A stretch of DNA of 64,000 nt from Roseiarcus sp. (lineage in GTDB: Bacteria > Pseudomonadota > Alphaproteobacteria > Rhizobiales > Beijerinckiaceae). The stretch covers positions 1,792-65,791 of the forward strand of contig JBEKFO010000001.1 of the NCBI GenBank assembly GCA_050013275.1. The letters are read 5' to 3'. This document shows, in pieces, positions 1 to 11,095 of this stretch (the first letter of the stretch is position 1; each line of letters begins with the position of its first letter). Both the position numbers and the translations under genes were made by a program. Below the pieces are notes generated by a model, which did not search any database, was not told where the DNA came from, and worked only from the letters and a program-made list of their open reading frames with translations.

Positions 1-1011
1 GCGCGCCATTACGAGGGGACCGGCCTCGGCCTCGCCATCTCCAAGCGCATCGTTGCGCTGATGGGGGGCGAACTCGTCCTGGAAAACAATCCCGGCGGGG
101 GCTCGATCTTTTCCTTCGCGATTCCGTTGCCGGCTTGCGCCGATGCGCCGCCGGAGGCCGCGCCGGTCACGCTCGCCGGCCGCCGCGCGCTGATCGTCGC
201 CTGCTCGCCCTTCGAGGCGCCGGCGATCGCCGCTCGGCTCAGCGAGGCGGGCGCCGTGGTCGCGCGCGCCGAGGGCCTCGAGGACGGGCTCGCCGCGCTG
301 AGCGCCGGCCCGAAGCCCGACCTGGTCATCATCGATTGCGCGCTCGGCGTCGAGGCAACCAATCGCCTGGCGCTCGCGGCGCGCGTCGCCGGTGCCCCCA
401 AGAGCCTGGTGCTGTTCTCGCCGTTCGAGCGGCGCGCCTTCGGACAGAGTTCGCTGCAAGGTTTCGACGGCTGGCTGGTGAAGCCGGTGCGCGCCCGCTC
501 GCTGTTTGATCGGCTCGCCAGCGAGTTCGCGCCCTCGGCAAGCGCGCCGGCCCCGGCGCCGGTATGCGCGCCGGCGCGCGCGATGCGGGCGCTGCTCGCC
601 GAAGACAACGACATCAACGCCGTCGTCGCCCAGAAGGCGCTCCGGCGGCTCGGCTTCGAAGTCGCGCGCGCCCACGACGGCGAGGAGGCGACGCGGCTCG
701 CCAGCGCCGCGACGCGCGGGCAGGCGCCTCGCTTCGACGTCATCCTGATGGACATCAAGATGCCTGGAATCGACGGCTACGAAGCGGCGCGCTGCATACG
801 CCGAATCGAACGCGAGACCGGCGCCCCGCGCGCCGCTCTGATCGCGCTGACCGCCAATGCGATGGCCGAAGATCGGCGCGCCAGCGCCGCCGCAGGATTT
901 GACGAATTCCTCGTCAAGCCGGTCGACCTCGCCCGACTCGCCGAAACGATCGAGCGCCTGCTGGCCGACGCCGCGCCGCGCCCCTCCCCGGCGCGCGCGC
1001 GTATGTCATAA
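1..1011 (+). CDS. Hybrid sensor histidine kinase/response regulator, C-terminal part (5' end outside window)
   Basis: Frame 1 is open from base 1: G2 box YEGTGLGLAISKRIV, then a degenerate receiver and a canonical receiver (LLAEDNDIN...FDVILMDIKMPGIDG...ALTANA...KP). Confidence 0.93.
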   Translation, partial: ARHYEGTGLGLAISKRIVALMGGELVLENNPGGGSIFSFAIPLPACADAPPEAAPVTLAGRRALIVACSPFEAPAIAARLSEAGAVVARAEGLEDGLAALSAGPKPDLVIIDCALGVEATNRLALAARVAGAPKSLVLFSPFERRAFGQSSLQGFDGWLVKPVRARSLFDRLASEFAPSASAPAPAPVCAPARAMRALLAEDNDINAVVAQKALRRLGFEVARAHDGEEATRLASAATRGQAPRFDVILMDIKMPGIDGYEAARCIRRIERETGAPRAALIALTANAMAEDRRASAAAGFDEFLVKPVDLARLAETIERLLADAAPRPSPARARMS

Positions 1012-1071
1012 ATCTGTGCGAGTGGAGTGCTCTGAGCATAGTTTCGCCGCGGCGAATCGGGGGGAGCATTC

Positions 1072-1962
1072 ATGTCGCAGAGGTCGTTCGCAAGGACGCG
1101 GGCGGGCGCATTGACGCTCGCGCGTCGACAAGTGCGCGATCTCATGGGCTTGCCCAAGACGCTCGGCGCGCTCGGCGCGCTGGACGTCCGTCTCGCCACC
1201 ACGAGGTATGAAATTCGCCGCGCCCAGAAACTGCGCTATCGCGTGTTCTTCGAGGAAGGCGGCGCCAGAGCCGACGCGACGGCGCGACTGATCCGGCGCG
1301 ACGTCTGTCGGTTCGATCGGGTCTGCGACCATCTCATCGTCGTCGACAACGCGGCGCCGCGCGCGGCCGGCGCGCCGACGGTGGTGGGCGCGTATCGACT
1401 GCTGCGGGGCGACGCGGCGGCGGCGAATTTCGGCTTTTACAGCGCCGGCGAATTCGACGTCGCTTCGCTCGTCGCCAGACATCCCGGCAAGCGGCTGCTC
1501 GAGCTCGGCCGCTCGTGCGTCGCGCCGGGCTATCGCGGCAAGCGCACGCTCGAACTGTTATGGCGCGGCATCTGGGCTTACGCGCGCCACCACCGCATCG
1601 ACGTGATGTTCGGCTGCGCGAGCTTTCCGGGCGCCGACGCGGCCGCGCACGCCGACGCGCTGCGCTTTTTGCGAGGGGGTTGCTCGAGCGACGCGCTGTG
1701 GGACGTGCGCGCGATCGCCGGCCGCGCGGCCGAGCCGTCGCCTTGGGACGGCGAACCGCTCGACCCGCGGGCCGCGATCCGCGCCCTGCCGCCTCTGATC
1801 AAGGGCTACTGGCGGCTCGGCGCCAAATTCGGCCCGCAAGCGGTGGTCGACGAAAGTTTCGGCGCCACCGACGTTTTTGCGGTGATGCCGGTCGCCGAAA
1901 TCGAGCCGCGCTACATCAGCCATTTCGGCGGGGAAGGCGCCGGCGCGGCGCTCGCCGCCTAG
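1072..1962 (+). CDS. olsB: GNAT-family N-acyltransferase, ornithine-lipid OlsB-like
   Basis: Motifs [33 protein letters not shown]...YR, FGCASF and LPPLIKGY typical of OlsB/Acetyltransf_5. Confidence 0.85.
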   Translation: MSQRSFARTRAGALTLARRQVRDLMGLPKTLGALGALDVRLATTRYEIRRAQKLRYRVFFEEGGARADATARLIRRDVCRFDRVCDHLIVVDNAAPRAAGAPTVVGAYRLLRGDAAAANFGFYSAGEFDVASLVARHPGKRLLELGRSCVAPGYRGKRTLELLWRGIWAYARHHRIDVMFGCASFPGADAAAHADALRFLRGGCSSDALWDVRAIAGRAAEPSPWDGEPLDPRAAIRALPPLIKGYWRLGAKFGPQAVVDESFGATDVFAVMPVAEIEPRYISHFGGEGAGAALAA

Positions 1963-2037
1963 ATGCGGGCCAACGCAAACGCGGGATTCCCAAGCCGATA
2001 AAAATGCTCTATTCAGGTGCGGCGCTTTTCGCGCCCG

Positions 2038-2114
<77 letters not shown>

Positions 2115-2161
2115 GCTTTGCCAGGGACTTTCGGCAGCGTGTCCAAACGCGCGTCGGTTCC

Positions 2162-2539
2162 GGGGCCCGCGAGGCGGTCGCCCGCGCCTCTTACGAGTTC
2201 GACGGCTTCGCCAGACCGCAGGGCGGCGTGACGAGCTCCGGAGAGATCAGCCTCTCCCCGTCCGACCTCAAGAGCGTCTTCGGTCGGCTCGGCGTTCAAC
2301 TCCTCACCGATGATGGCCGGCTGTTTGAGTTGCGGTTCTCCGATAAGGAGCTTCGCTACGCAAACGACGTCGCCCAGGTCGATGTGACCGGAGATCTTCA
2401 GGGTTCGCCGGCGGAATGGCGCGGCGTATCGAGGACGGAGCCGACTCGTGCGGCGCGGGGGGACAGCCCCGACACTGCATCAAATCGAAGCGAGAAGCCG
2501 GCTTCGATCTCGCGGCGGCGGCGGCGCGCCTCAGCCTAA
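2162..2539 (+). pseudogene. Small alphaproteobacterial hypothetical protein, probably 5'-truncated
   Basis: Protein-like frame ([12 protein letters not shown]...SSGEISL...VFGRLGVQLLTDDGRLFELRFSDKEL...VDVTGDL) extends upstream of the GTG at 2228 but has no start codon between there and the tRNA. It resembles a small Bradyrhizobiaceae protein recalled from memory, not verified. Confidence 0.45.
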
Positions 2540-5500
2540 CGTTACGCGAACGCGGTGGACGGCGCCGTCGTCGACCACGCGCAGTCGCAACGGTCGCTCC
2601 AAAATTTCAACCCCGTCGATCTCAGCGAATCGGACGCCCCGGCTGACCCCAGCGGGATTGTCGACAACGATTTCGTATCGAGCGGACTGCCGCCGAACGC
2701 TCATCTCGAACGTCGCCCACGCCTTGGGAATGCACGGATCGAGATACAGGAAGGCGCCGCGGACGCGCAGCCCGAGAATGCTCTCGACGCCTGTGCGTTG
2801 CATCCAACCCGCCGAGCCAGTGTACCAAGTCCAGCCGCCGCGCCCGACATGGGGCGGCGCTGCGTAGACGTCGGCCGCGACGACGTAGGGCTCCACTTTG
2901 TAGCGAAGCACGTCGGTGCGGGTGCGCGCGTGATTGACGGGGTTGAGCAGCGAGAACAGGTCGGCCGCCTTGTCGCCGTCGCCAAGCGCGGCGAAGGCCA
3001 TCAACGACCACAAGGCGGCATGGGTATATTGGCCGCCGTTCTCGCGCACGCCCGGCGGATAGCCCTTGATGTAGCCCGGATCCGATGCGGTTTTGTCGAA
3101 CGGCGGCGCAAAGAGCAGCGCCACGCCGTCGTCGCGCCGGATCAGTTCGCGTTCGACCGCGCCCATCGCTTGCATCGCCCGCTTCGGCGCCGCCGCGCCC
3201 GAGAGCACGGCCCAGGATTGCGCAATCGAATCGATGCGGCATTCCTCGTTCGCCGCCGAGCCCAAAGGCTCGCCGTCGTCGAAAAAGGCTCGCCGATACC
3301 AATCGCCGTCCCACGCTTCGCGCTCGAGCGAGGCCTGCAGCGCGGCGGCATGCGCGGCCCATTGCACGGCGCGCCCCTGCTCCCGGCGCGCCTGAGCGAG
3401 TGGAATGAAAGCCGTAAGCGCCGCGTGCAGGAACCAGCCGAGCCAAACGCTCTCGCCGGCGCCCCTTTCGCCGACGCGGTTCATGCCGTCGTTCCAATCG
3501 CCGGTTCCCATTAGGGGAAGCCCATGCCCGCCAAGCGCGAGGCTGGCGTCGAGGGCGAGCGCGCAATGTTCGAACAATGTCGCGGTCCGATCCGAGACGA
3601 CAGGAGCGAAGAAGCTGTCGTGCTCGCTAGGCTCCAGCGCCTGGCCTTCGAGGAACTGGACCATCTCGTCGAGGATGGCGACGTCCGCGGTGGCGTCGAC
3701 GTAATGGGCGACCGCAAAGGCCAACCACGGGCGATCGTCGGAGATACGGGTGCGCACGCCCTGGCCGGAATGCGGCAGCCACCAATGCTGAACGTCGCCT
3801 TCGACGAACTGCCGCGCCGCGGCGCGCAGCAAGTGCTCGCGCGTCAGCAGTGGCTGCGACGCGGCAAGCGCCATTCCGTCTTGCAATTGATCGCGAAAGC
3901 CATAGGCGCCGCTGGCCTGGTAGAAGCCGGAGCGCGCCCACATGCGGCAGCTCAGCGTTTGGTAGATCAGCCAGCCGTTGAGCATGACGTCCATCGAGCG
4001 ATCCGGCGTCTTGACGACGACGGCGCAGAGAATGTCGTCCCATTTGCGCGCGATCTCGGCTTCGACGGCGTCGAGATCGGCGGCGCGATAGCGCGCGACC
4101 AGACCGCGCGCCTCGTCCGCGCTCGCCGCCTCGCCAAGGAAAAAGACGACTTCGACGCGGCCGTTAGGCGGCAGTTCGATCTTCGCGCGCATCGCCGCGC
4201 AAGGGTCGAGGCCGGCGCCGACTTTCTTCGACAGCGGCGCCGCGCCGGCGAGCGCGGCGGGATCGGTGAGCGCGCCGTTGCGCCCGATGAACTCGCGACG
4301 ATCGCCGGTCCAGTCGGTCTGAGCGCCGCGCAAGTCGGCGAAAGCGACGCGCGATCCGAAGCCCATGTTCCAGGGATTGCGGGCGAAGATCGCTCCCGTG
4401 ACGGCGTCGAGCTCCGTGGAAACAAACGGAAGGGAGGCCGGACGCGACGGGCCGAGAACCCACTCGACATAGGCCGTCACGCTGAGCCGGCGCGGCCGGC
4501 TCGAGCGATTGGTCAGCACGAGGCGCGAAATCTTGATCGAAGCGTCGATCGGCACGTATTGCACAAGATCGGACGCGATCTCGTGCGCGACATGCTCAAA
4601 TCGGCTGTATCCGCGTCCGTGGCGGGCCGTATAGGTCGCCGCAGCGTCTCGGATGGGAAGCGCCGTCGGGCCCCACAAGTCGCCCGTGTCGTCGTCTCGC
4701 AAATAGAACGCTTCGCCGCTTCGGTCGCTGACGGGGTCGTTCGACCAGGGCGTGATTTGGTTGTCGCGACTGTTGACGGACCAGGTATAGCCGCCGCCCT
4801 CGGTTCCCGTCTGGAAGCCGAACATCGGATTGGCGATGACGTTGATCCACGGCGCGGGCGTCGATTGGCCAGGCCCGAGGATCGTCACATACTCGGCGCC
4901 ATCTCGCGCGAAGCCGCCGAGTCCGTTGAAGAATTCGAGGTCGGGAGGGCGAAGCAGGGACGGCGGCGGCAAAAGCGGGACAACGCGCTTCGGCGCGGCT
5001 CTCACAGACTCGATAGGCTCCAGGATGCGTTCGAGCTGCTCAAAGAGCCCGCCTCGCTGCGCCGGCAGGACGACTCGCGCGACGGAAGCCAGAAGGATTC
5101 GCGTTTCGGCCGGAATCAAGTCGGCGCGCAGTGCGAAAACGTGGCCCGCCTGGAGTTCCGCGCCGGGCTGGGGACGCGACTGGCTTGCCCTGACCAGGGT
5201 CTCGATCGCGATCTGAAGCTCCTGGACATAAGAGGATTTACGCTCGTTCAGGATAACGAGATCGACCGCGAGCTGTTTCATTCGCCAATATTCGTGCGCC
5301 TGCAGCAATTCACGGACGACGTCGATATTTTCGACATCGGAAATGCGCAGCAGCACGATCGGCAAATCGCCGGATATGCCCTGCGGCCACAGGCCGGACT
5401 GCGCGCCGCCACCCCGCACGATCGTCTCCGACGAAGGGCGCAACGCCGGCGCGGCGTAGATCACATGTCCCGCAAGCCGCTGAAACAACCCGGCTTCGCC

Positions 5501-8500
5501 CGCCGTCACGCCGAGATGGTGGAGTTGCACCTGCGCCTGCGTCCACGCCAACATCGAAGCGCGCGCGAACGCAGTGGCGTCGCGATGTTTGTCGACGCCG
5601 TCGAGGAGCGCCGCGCGGCTGGAGGCCGCGATGGTCCAGAAGGCCACGCGAACGGTCGCGCCCGGCGCGACGCGGATGCGGCGGCGGATCGAGAAAACGG
5701 GATCGAGGACGGCGCCGATCGAATTCGACAGCGGACGACTATCCATCACGGCAATGGGCGAGCGAACGCCGCGGCCGCGACCGAGGAATCGCGCTCTGTC
5801 GGTTTCGAATTCGGGGGCGCCGACGGCTTCGCCGTCGACGACGCTCAGATGCGCGGCCCAGATTTCCGGCTCGGATGGCGCCCGTCGTCGCCGCGTCGCC
5901 AGGATCGCGCCGACGTCGGTCAGATATTCCGTCTCGACGAACAGTTTGGAAAAGGCGGGATGCGCGATGTCGGCGCCCTGAGGCGCCAGAACGAGTTCGG
6001 CATAGGACGTGATTTCGATTTCGCGCATGCGGCCGCCGGAATTCGCGATCGAGACCCTGCGAACTTCCGCGTCGTCCTCGCCCGAGACGAGCACGTCCAA
6101 AGTCGTTATCAGAGAGCCGTCGCGACGCGTCACCTCGGCGCGGTCCTCATTGAAGATCACCGCATAGTCGTCCGGCTCGACGCCGCTCGGCTGGAAGCCC
6201 GCCGACCACGCCACGCCGCTGCGCACGTCCTTGACGAAGAGATAGGAGCCGAAGTCGTCGCAGGTCGCATCCTCGCGCCAGCGTGTCAGCGCCAGATCGC
6301 CCCAGCGGCTGTACCCCGAGCCCGCGGACGTGAGCATCGTGGCGTAGCGGCCGTTCGAAATGAGATGCGTCGCGGGCGTCGCCTGATGCGCGGCGCAAAA
6401 CCGGCGTCCGCCGGAAGGTTCGACATCGCGAGCGCCGGCCGCCGACTTGACCTCCGCCGCCCAGGGGCGGGCGGCCGCGACGTCGCGCGGCATGCGCTCC
6501 TGCAGCAGCAGTTCGCTCGCCTTGACGATCGGCTCGGCATGGAAACGCTCCCGCATCACGCCGTCGAACAAGGCGTCCGCGATCGCGACGATCGTCATGC
6601 CCTGATGATGCGCCATGAAGGCGCGCACGATCGCGACGCCTTCGCCCTCGGGCACGCGCGCCGGCGTATAGTCCAGCGCATCGTAAAAGCCGTAGCGACC
6701 TTGCGCGCCGACCTCGGCCAAACACGCGAGATTGGCCACCGCGGCGCGCGGATCGACCATCGCCGCGAGAGCGGCGGCGTAAGGCGCGATCACCCGATTT
6801 TCGCCGAGACCTCGCTTCAACCCTAGGCCGGGAACGCCGAAGTTCGAATATTGATAAGTGAGCTCCAGGTCGCGCGCGTTATAAGTGGATTCGGATACGC
6901 CCCATGGCAGGCCGAGCTTCGCGGCGTAATCGATTTGGCGCCGCACGATCAGGCGGTTGGTCTGCTCGAGCAAACTCCCTGCCGGCGCGCGCATGACCAG
7001 CGAGGGCATCAGATACTCGAACATCGATCCCGACCACGAAATCAATGCGGCGCCGTGCGCGACCGGCGTCGCCGCGCGGCCGAGTCGGAACCAATGCTTG
7101 GCCGCGACGTCGCCTTTGGCGATCGCGAAAAAGCTGGCGAGCCGCGCTTCAGAAGCCAGGAGATCGTAGCAATTCGAATCGAGCGCGCCTTCCGGCGCGA
7201 GAAATCCGATCGACAGCAACTGGCGACTTCGGTCGAACAGGAAGCCAAAGTCCATCGCAAGCGCCATCGACCGCGCCATGCTCTCCAGGATCGAGAGCCG
7301 CGCCGTCGCGGAGCGAGCCGCCGCCGCGGACTGCGCGAGATCGTGGCGGTGCGCATCGATCGCATTCAGAGTGGCTTCAGCCCAGAACAGCATGTCGGCG
7401 CCGCTGCCGTCGCCGCGTTCGACCGCGAGCGCTCCGGCGATGTCGATCATGATCTCGGCGTCGGCGGAGAGACCAACGAGTCGAGTGGCGAGATCGTCGT
7501 CCGAAAGCGGCGCCTGTCGAACGGCGAGCGTCACCACGGCGAGCGCATCGTCGAGCTGGCGCAGGGTCACGGTCTGGGTCTGGCCGCCGTCGCGCAGGCG
7601 GGCGGACTCCGCGCAGGTTATGTCGAGAGCGTCGGCGACGCCGTCGAGGCGACGCTGCGCCGCAAACGGGCGGTCTCGCCACTCCCGGCACGCATTCGCC
7701 AGCGCGATGAGATGTCCAGCCAAGTTGCCGCTGTCGACGGACGAAACGTAGCGAGGATCGAGCGGGCGCAGATCGCGCGTGTCGTACCAATTGTAAAAGT
7801 GTCCGCGGAAGCGCAACAGGCCGCTCATCGTCGCCAGCGTCGCCTCGAGCCGCTCGATCGCCTGGTCGGTCCCGATCCAGCCGAAATCGCGAGCGCTGAC
7901 GACCGAAAGGAGATAGAGGCCGAGATTGGTCGGCGACGTCCGATGCGCGATCGCCGGCGTCGGATCGTCCTGAAAATTGTCGGGCGGCAGCATGTTGTCG
8001 CTCGATGTGACGAAAGCCTCGAAGAACCGCCAGGTGCGGCGCGCGGTCCCCCTTAGCGCCTTTGCATCGGCGCTCGACATGGGCAGGTGAGCGGCCTCGC
8101 GGGGCGACAGGCTGACCCGGCGCGCGACGGCCGGCGAGGCGACCCAGAGCGCGGCGAACGGAAGCGCCACGGGCCACGACCCGTGGCCGAACGCCAAAGC
8201 GACGATAGCTCCGACGACGCCGACGACGATCGCCCCCGCCATTCGGCGCGTGAAGCCCGCGAGATCGAGACGAGGGCCGATTGTCGCCTGCGCGGCGGGA
8301 ACCCATTCGAGCAGATGGCGCCGGGAGACGCGCAAGCGCCAGAGGGTGCGGCCGATCGCATCGGCCATCAGGCACGCCTGGTCCGCCAGGAACGCGATGG
8401 TCAGCGTCGAGAGCGTCAAGGCAAGGCGGAGATCGCCGCCGAGCGCGCGCACATGGCTCGACATCGTCACGCCCGGTCGTCGCGGCGGAATGGCCGCGAC

Positions 8501-11095
8501 GACCGGGATGAGAGTCGGCAGCACAATCGTCAAAACGACGAATAGGGTCCAGATCAGCGCCGCGTGAAACGGCAAGGCCCAACCCGCAAGCAGAGCGAGC
8601 ACTGCGGCCGGCGCCGAAAGCGTTCGGCGCAGATTGTCCAGCATTTTCCATCGGCCGATCGCGGGAACAGCGCTCGTCGCGCGCTTCCCGCCAGCTTGCG
8701 TCGGCGCGCGACCGAAGATCCAGGGCAGTAATTGCCAATCGCCGCGCGCCCAACGGTGATGGCGAATGGCGCCGACATCGTAGCGTGCCGGGAATTCCTC
8801 GACGACCTCGACATCGGAGGCGAGGCCGGCGCGCGCGAAAACGCCTTCAAACAGATCGTGGCTGAGCAAAGTCGAATCTGGCGCCCGGCCGGCGAGCGCG
8901 GCCTCGAAAGCGTCGACGTCGTAGATGCCCTTGCCGGCATAGGAGCCTTCGCCGAACAGATCCTGGTAGACGTCTGAAACGGCGGAGGCGTAGGGGTCGA
9001 TCCCGCTCAAGCTGGAGAAGATGCGCTGGAACTGCGAGCCCTCTCGGCCGATCGGCAGCGAGGGCGTGACGCGGGGCTGCAACACGGCGTAGCCTTCCAC
9101 GACCCTGCCGGCGGCTGCGTCGAGGCGCGGCCGGTTCAGCGGATGCGCCATCTTGCCGATCAGGCGGCGCACGGCGTCGCGCGGCAATCGCGTGTCCGCG
9201 TCAAGCGTCACCACGTAGCGAATATCGGTCGGCGCGACGGGCGTCCCGCCGCCGACGTCGATGAAGGTGGTGTCGGTCGCGGCGCGCAGCAGCCGGTTCA
9301 GTTCGTGCAGCTTGCCGCGCTTGCGCTCCCAGCCGATCCATCGCGATTCGCCTTCGTTCCAGACGCGGCGGCGATGCAGAAGCAGAAAGCGGGCGCCGCC
9401 CGGCGCCGGGCCATAGCGCCGATTGAGACGCGCGACGCCTTCGGACGCTGCAGCGACGAGCGCCGCGTCGCCGTCGGTATGTTCGTTTTCGGCGTCGGTC
9501 CAGTCAGAAACCAGCGCGAAATGCAGATCGCCCTCGGGGCTGGCGAGGTGATGGATCTCCAACCGTTCGATTTGCTCTTCGATGGCCTCCAGCGTCGTCA
9601 ACAACGTCGGCACCGCGACGAGCGTGCGCAGGTGCGAGGGAACCCCATCGCGTAGTTCCAGACCGGGCAGCAGCGTCGCGGCGAAGCCGAGGTTGACCCC
9701 GCGATTGACCAGCGCGACGGCGGCGTCGATGGCGGGAATGGCGCCGAGCAGGCCAAGCAGACCGAGAGCGGCCAGGCTGATCCCGGCCGCGGCAAGGGCG
9801 AGCAGCGGCGGCGCAAGAAGTATCGCGGCGACGAGAGAAATCGCCGTCACATAGCCGCCGACGCCAAGTGACCGGTTGGCCCGGGCCACCCAATTTCGCA
9901 TTGGTGGACGATAAGAGATCGCCGCTTCGAAAGCGCGGCGGCCGCCGGCAAGCAGATGGTAGCCCGGATCGCCGCGCCGCGCTTGCTCGGCCGTTGGGGC
10001 GGCGAGCCGCTCGCGACTCGCGGCGAGCACCGCGGCGCTGGCGATATCCAGCTCCGTGCGCTTCGAGCCGCGCGCGAGGTCCTCGACCGCGCTGCGATAG
10101 AGCGTGCGGGTCGGGAAATCCATATCCTCAAAGGGACTATCGGCGGCGAAAACGGCGTCGACGAGGCTCAGCCGCTCGAACAATTGCTGCCAATCGACAT
10201 CGGAAATCAGGCGCAAGCTGGTGATGATGTTGCGCACGGTGACGTTGGAGGCGCCTTGTCGACGATGGACGTCGCGCACCACCGCTTCGGTTGTCGTGTC
10301 CTGGATCGCCAGTCGCTGGTCGAGCCATGTCAGCGCCGGCGTGATCTTCGGATCCTGGTCGCGCAATCGATGCACGAGTTGCACCGCCAAAGCTTCGGAA
10401 AGCGGCGCGCGCTCATGCGCGAAAAGGACGACGGCGACAGGCTCGGCGGGCCGTCCCCCGGTCCCGAGCAAACGGTCGGCGAGACTGTCCGCCACGGTGC
10501 GCGCCGCGCGGCTCTGCGTGATCTGCTGCGCGAGGCGTCCGAGATTTTCGACCAGCACGATCCGCAGCGTGATCGACACCGCCCAGAGTTCGCCGATGGT
10601 GAGCGGCTGCACCTCCTGATAGGCCCTGACATAGCGAATCAGCGTCTCGGCGTCGAAACGGCTGTCGGTGTGGGCGACGAAGGCCCAGGCCACTCCGAAG
10701 ACGCGGGGGTAGCCGGCGAAGGGACCCGTGACGAGCTTGGGAAGCTGGCGGTAGTAGCCAGGCGGCAGGTCCGAGCGAAGCTCGCGAATCTGCTTCTCGA
10801 CGAGATGATAATTGTCGACGAGCCACTCCGCCGCCGGCGTTATGGCGCGACCCTCGTTGATCGCCTTGACGATAGCGCGATACGCGTCGAGCAGAACGGC
10901 GCCATTGCCGGCAAGCCGCCGCGCCAGCGGCCGACCCTTGGTCGTCTTGGACGAAACGATCTGCGCGAGCGCAAGACTTCGCGCATGTTCCTCGAGGCGC
11001 TCGACGCCGAACAGCTCTTCGCGAATGGGCTCCTGGTTGTCCCAGGGCGACGACGGCCTCACGCTTTCGAAGGCGCGGCGTGCAAGAGCGTTCAA
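2531..11095 (-). CDS. ndvB: Cyclic beta-1,2-glucan synthase (Cgs/NdvB/ChvB; GT84 + cyclisation domain + C-terminal GH94)
   Basis: ~2850 aa with GWERKRGKL, TLDADT, LSHDLFEG, HRWARGDWQ, LPPDNFQ, SWSGSMFEYLMP, YQASGAYGFRDQLQD, GDWNDGMN, RENGGQYTH and GGWTWYTGSAGW. Start placed at TTG 11095 behind GGAAAGG; the ORF extends to 11206. Confidence 0.95.
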   Translation of the reverse strand: MNALARRAFESVRPSSPWDNQEPIREELFGVERLEEHARSLALAQIVSSKTTKGRPLARRLAGNGAVLLDAYRAIVKAINEGRAITPAAEWLVDNYHLVEKQIRELRSDLPPGYYRQLPKLVTGPFAGYPRVFGVAWAFVAHTDSRFDAETLIRYVRAYQEVQPLTIGELWAVSITLRIVLVENLGRLAQQITQSRAARTVADSLADRLLGTGGRPAEPVAVVLFAHERAPLSEALAVQLVHRLRDQDPKITPALTWLDQRLAIQDTTTEAVVRDVHRRQGASNVTVRNIITSLRLISDVDWQQLFERLSLVDAVFAADSPFEDMDFPTRTLYRSAVEDLARGSKRTELDIASAAVLAASRERLAAPTAEQARRGDPGYHLLAGGRRAFEAAISYRPPMRNWVARANRSLGVGGYVTAISLVAAILLAPPLLALAAAGISLAALGLLGLLGAIPAIDAAVALVNRGVNLGFAATLLPGLELRDGVPSHLRTLVAVPTLLTTLEAIEEQIERLEIHHLASPEGDLHFALVSDWTDAENEHTDGDAALVAAASEGVARLNRRYGPAPGGARFLLLHRRRVWNEGESRWIGWERKRGKLHELNRLLRAATDTTFIDVGGGTPVAPTDIRYVVTLDADTRLPRDAVRRLIGKMAHPLNRPRLDAAAGRVVEGYAVLQPRVTPSLPIGREGSQFQRIFSSLSGIDPYASAVSDVYQDLFGEGSYAGKGIYDVDAFEAALAGRAPDSTLLSHDLFEGVFARAGLASDVEVVEEFPARYDVGAIRHHRWARGDWQLLPWIFGRAPTQAGGKRATSAVPAIGRWKMLDNLRRTLSAPAAVLALLAGWALPFHAALIWTLFVVLTIVLPTLIPVVAAIPPRRPGVTMSSHVRALGGDLRLALTLSTLTIAFLADQACLMADAIGRTLWRLRVSRRHLLEWVPAAQATIGPRLDLAGFTRRMAGAIVVGVVGAIVALAFGHGSWPVALPFAALWVASPAVARRVSLSPREAAHLPMSSADAKALRGTARRTWRFFEAFVTSSDNMLPPDNFQDDPTPAIAHRTSPTNLGLYLLSVVSARDFGWIGTDQAIERLEATLATMSGLLRFRGHFYNWYDTRDLRPLDPRYVSSVDSGNLAGHLIALANACREWRDRPFAAQRRLDGVADALDITCAESARLRDGGQTQTVTLRQLDDALAVVTLAVRQAPLSDDDLATRLVGLSADAEIMIDIAGALAVERGDGSGADMLFWAEATLNAIDAHRHDLAQSAAAARSATARLSILESMARSMALAMDFGFLFDRSRQLLSIGFLAPEGALDSNCYDLLASEARLASFFAIAKGDVAAKHWFRLGRAATPVAHGAALISWSGSMFEYLMPSLVMRAPAGSLLEQTNRLIVRRQIDYAAKLGLPWGVSESTYNARDLELTYQYSNFGVPGLGLKRGLGENRVIAPYAAALAAMVDPRAAVANLACLAEVGAQGRYGFYDALDYTPARVPEGEGVAIVRAFMAHHQGMTIVAIADALFDGVMRERFHAEPIVKASELLLQERMPRDVAAARPWAAEVKSAAGARDVEPSGGRRFCAAHQATPATHLISNGRYATMLTSAGSGYSRWGDLALTRWREDATCDDFGSYLFVKDVRSGVAWSAGFQPSGVEPDDYAVIFNEDRAEVTRRDGSLITTLDVLVSGEDDAEVRRVSIANSGGRMREIEITSYAELVLAPQGADIAHPAFSKLFVETEYLTDVGAILATRRRRAPSEPEIWAAHLSVVDGEAVGAPEFETDRARFLGRGRGVRSPIAVMDSRPLSNSIGAVLDPVFSIRRRIRVAPGATVRVAFWTIAASSRAALLDGVDKHRDATAFARASMLAWTQAQVQLHHLGVTAGEAGLFQRLAGHVIYAAPALRPSSETIVRGGGAQSGLWPQGISGDLPIVLLRISDVENIDVVRELLQAHEYWRMKQLAVDLVILNERKSSYVQELQIAIETLVRASQSRPQPGAELQAGHVFALRADLIPAETRILLASVARVVLPAQRGGLFEQLERILEPIESVRAAPKRVVPLLPPPSLLRPPDLEFFNGLGGFARDGAEYVTILGPGQSTPAPWINVIANPMFGFQTGTEGGGYTWSVNSRDNQITPWSNDPVSDRSGEAFYLRDDDTGDLWGPTALPIRDAAATYTARHGRGYSRFEHVAHEIASDLVQYVPIDASIKISRLVLTNRSSRPRRLSVTAYVEWVLGPSRPASLPFVSTELDAVTGAIFARNPWNMGFGSRVAFADLRGAQTDWTGDRREFIGRNGALTDPAALAGAAPLSKKVGAGLDPCAAMRAKIELPPNGRVEVVFFLGEAASADEARGLVARYRAADLDAVEAEIARKWDDILCAVVVKTPDRSMDVMLNGWLIYQTLSCRMWARSGFYQASGAYGFRDQLQDGMALAASQPLLTREHLLRAAARQFVEGDVQHWWLPHSGQGVRTRISDDRPWLAFAVAHYVDATADVAILDEMVQFLEGQALEPSEHDSFFAPVVSDRTATLFEHCALALDASLALGGHGLPLMGTGDWNDGMNRVGERGAGESVWLGWFLHAALTAFIPLAQARREQGRAVQWAAHAAALQASLEREAWDGDWYRRAFFDDGEPLGSAANEECRIDSIAQSWAVLSGAAAPKRAMQAMGAVERELIRRDDGVALLFAPPFDKTASDPGYIKGYPPGVRENGGQYTHAALWSLMAFAALGDGDKAADLFSLLNPVNHARTRTDVLRYKVEPYVVAADVYAAPPHVGRGGWTWYTGSAGWMQRTGVESILGLRVRGAFLYLDPCIPKAWATFEMSVRRQSARYEIVVDNPAGVSRGVRFAEIDGVEILERPLRLRVVDDGAVHRVRVTLG

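Noticed and set aside
3524-6826. 1100-aa plus-strand ORF and other long ORFs opposite ndvB
   Set aside because: Antisense shadow of a high-GC gene; Arg/Ala-rich with no recognisable motifs.
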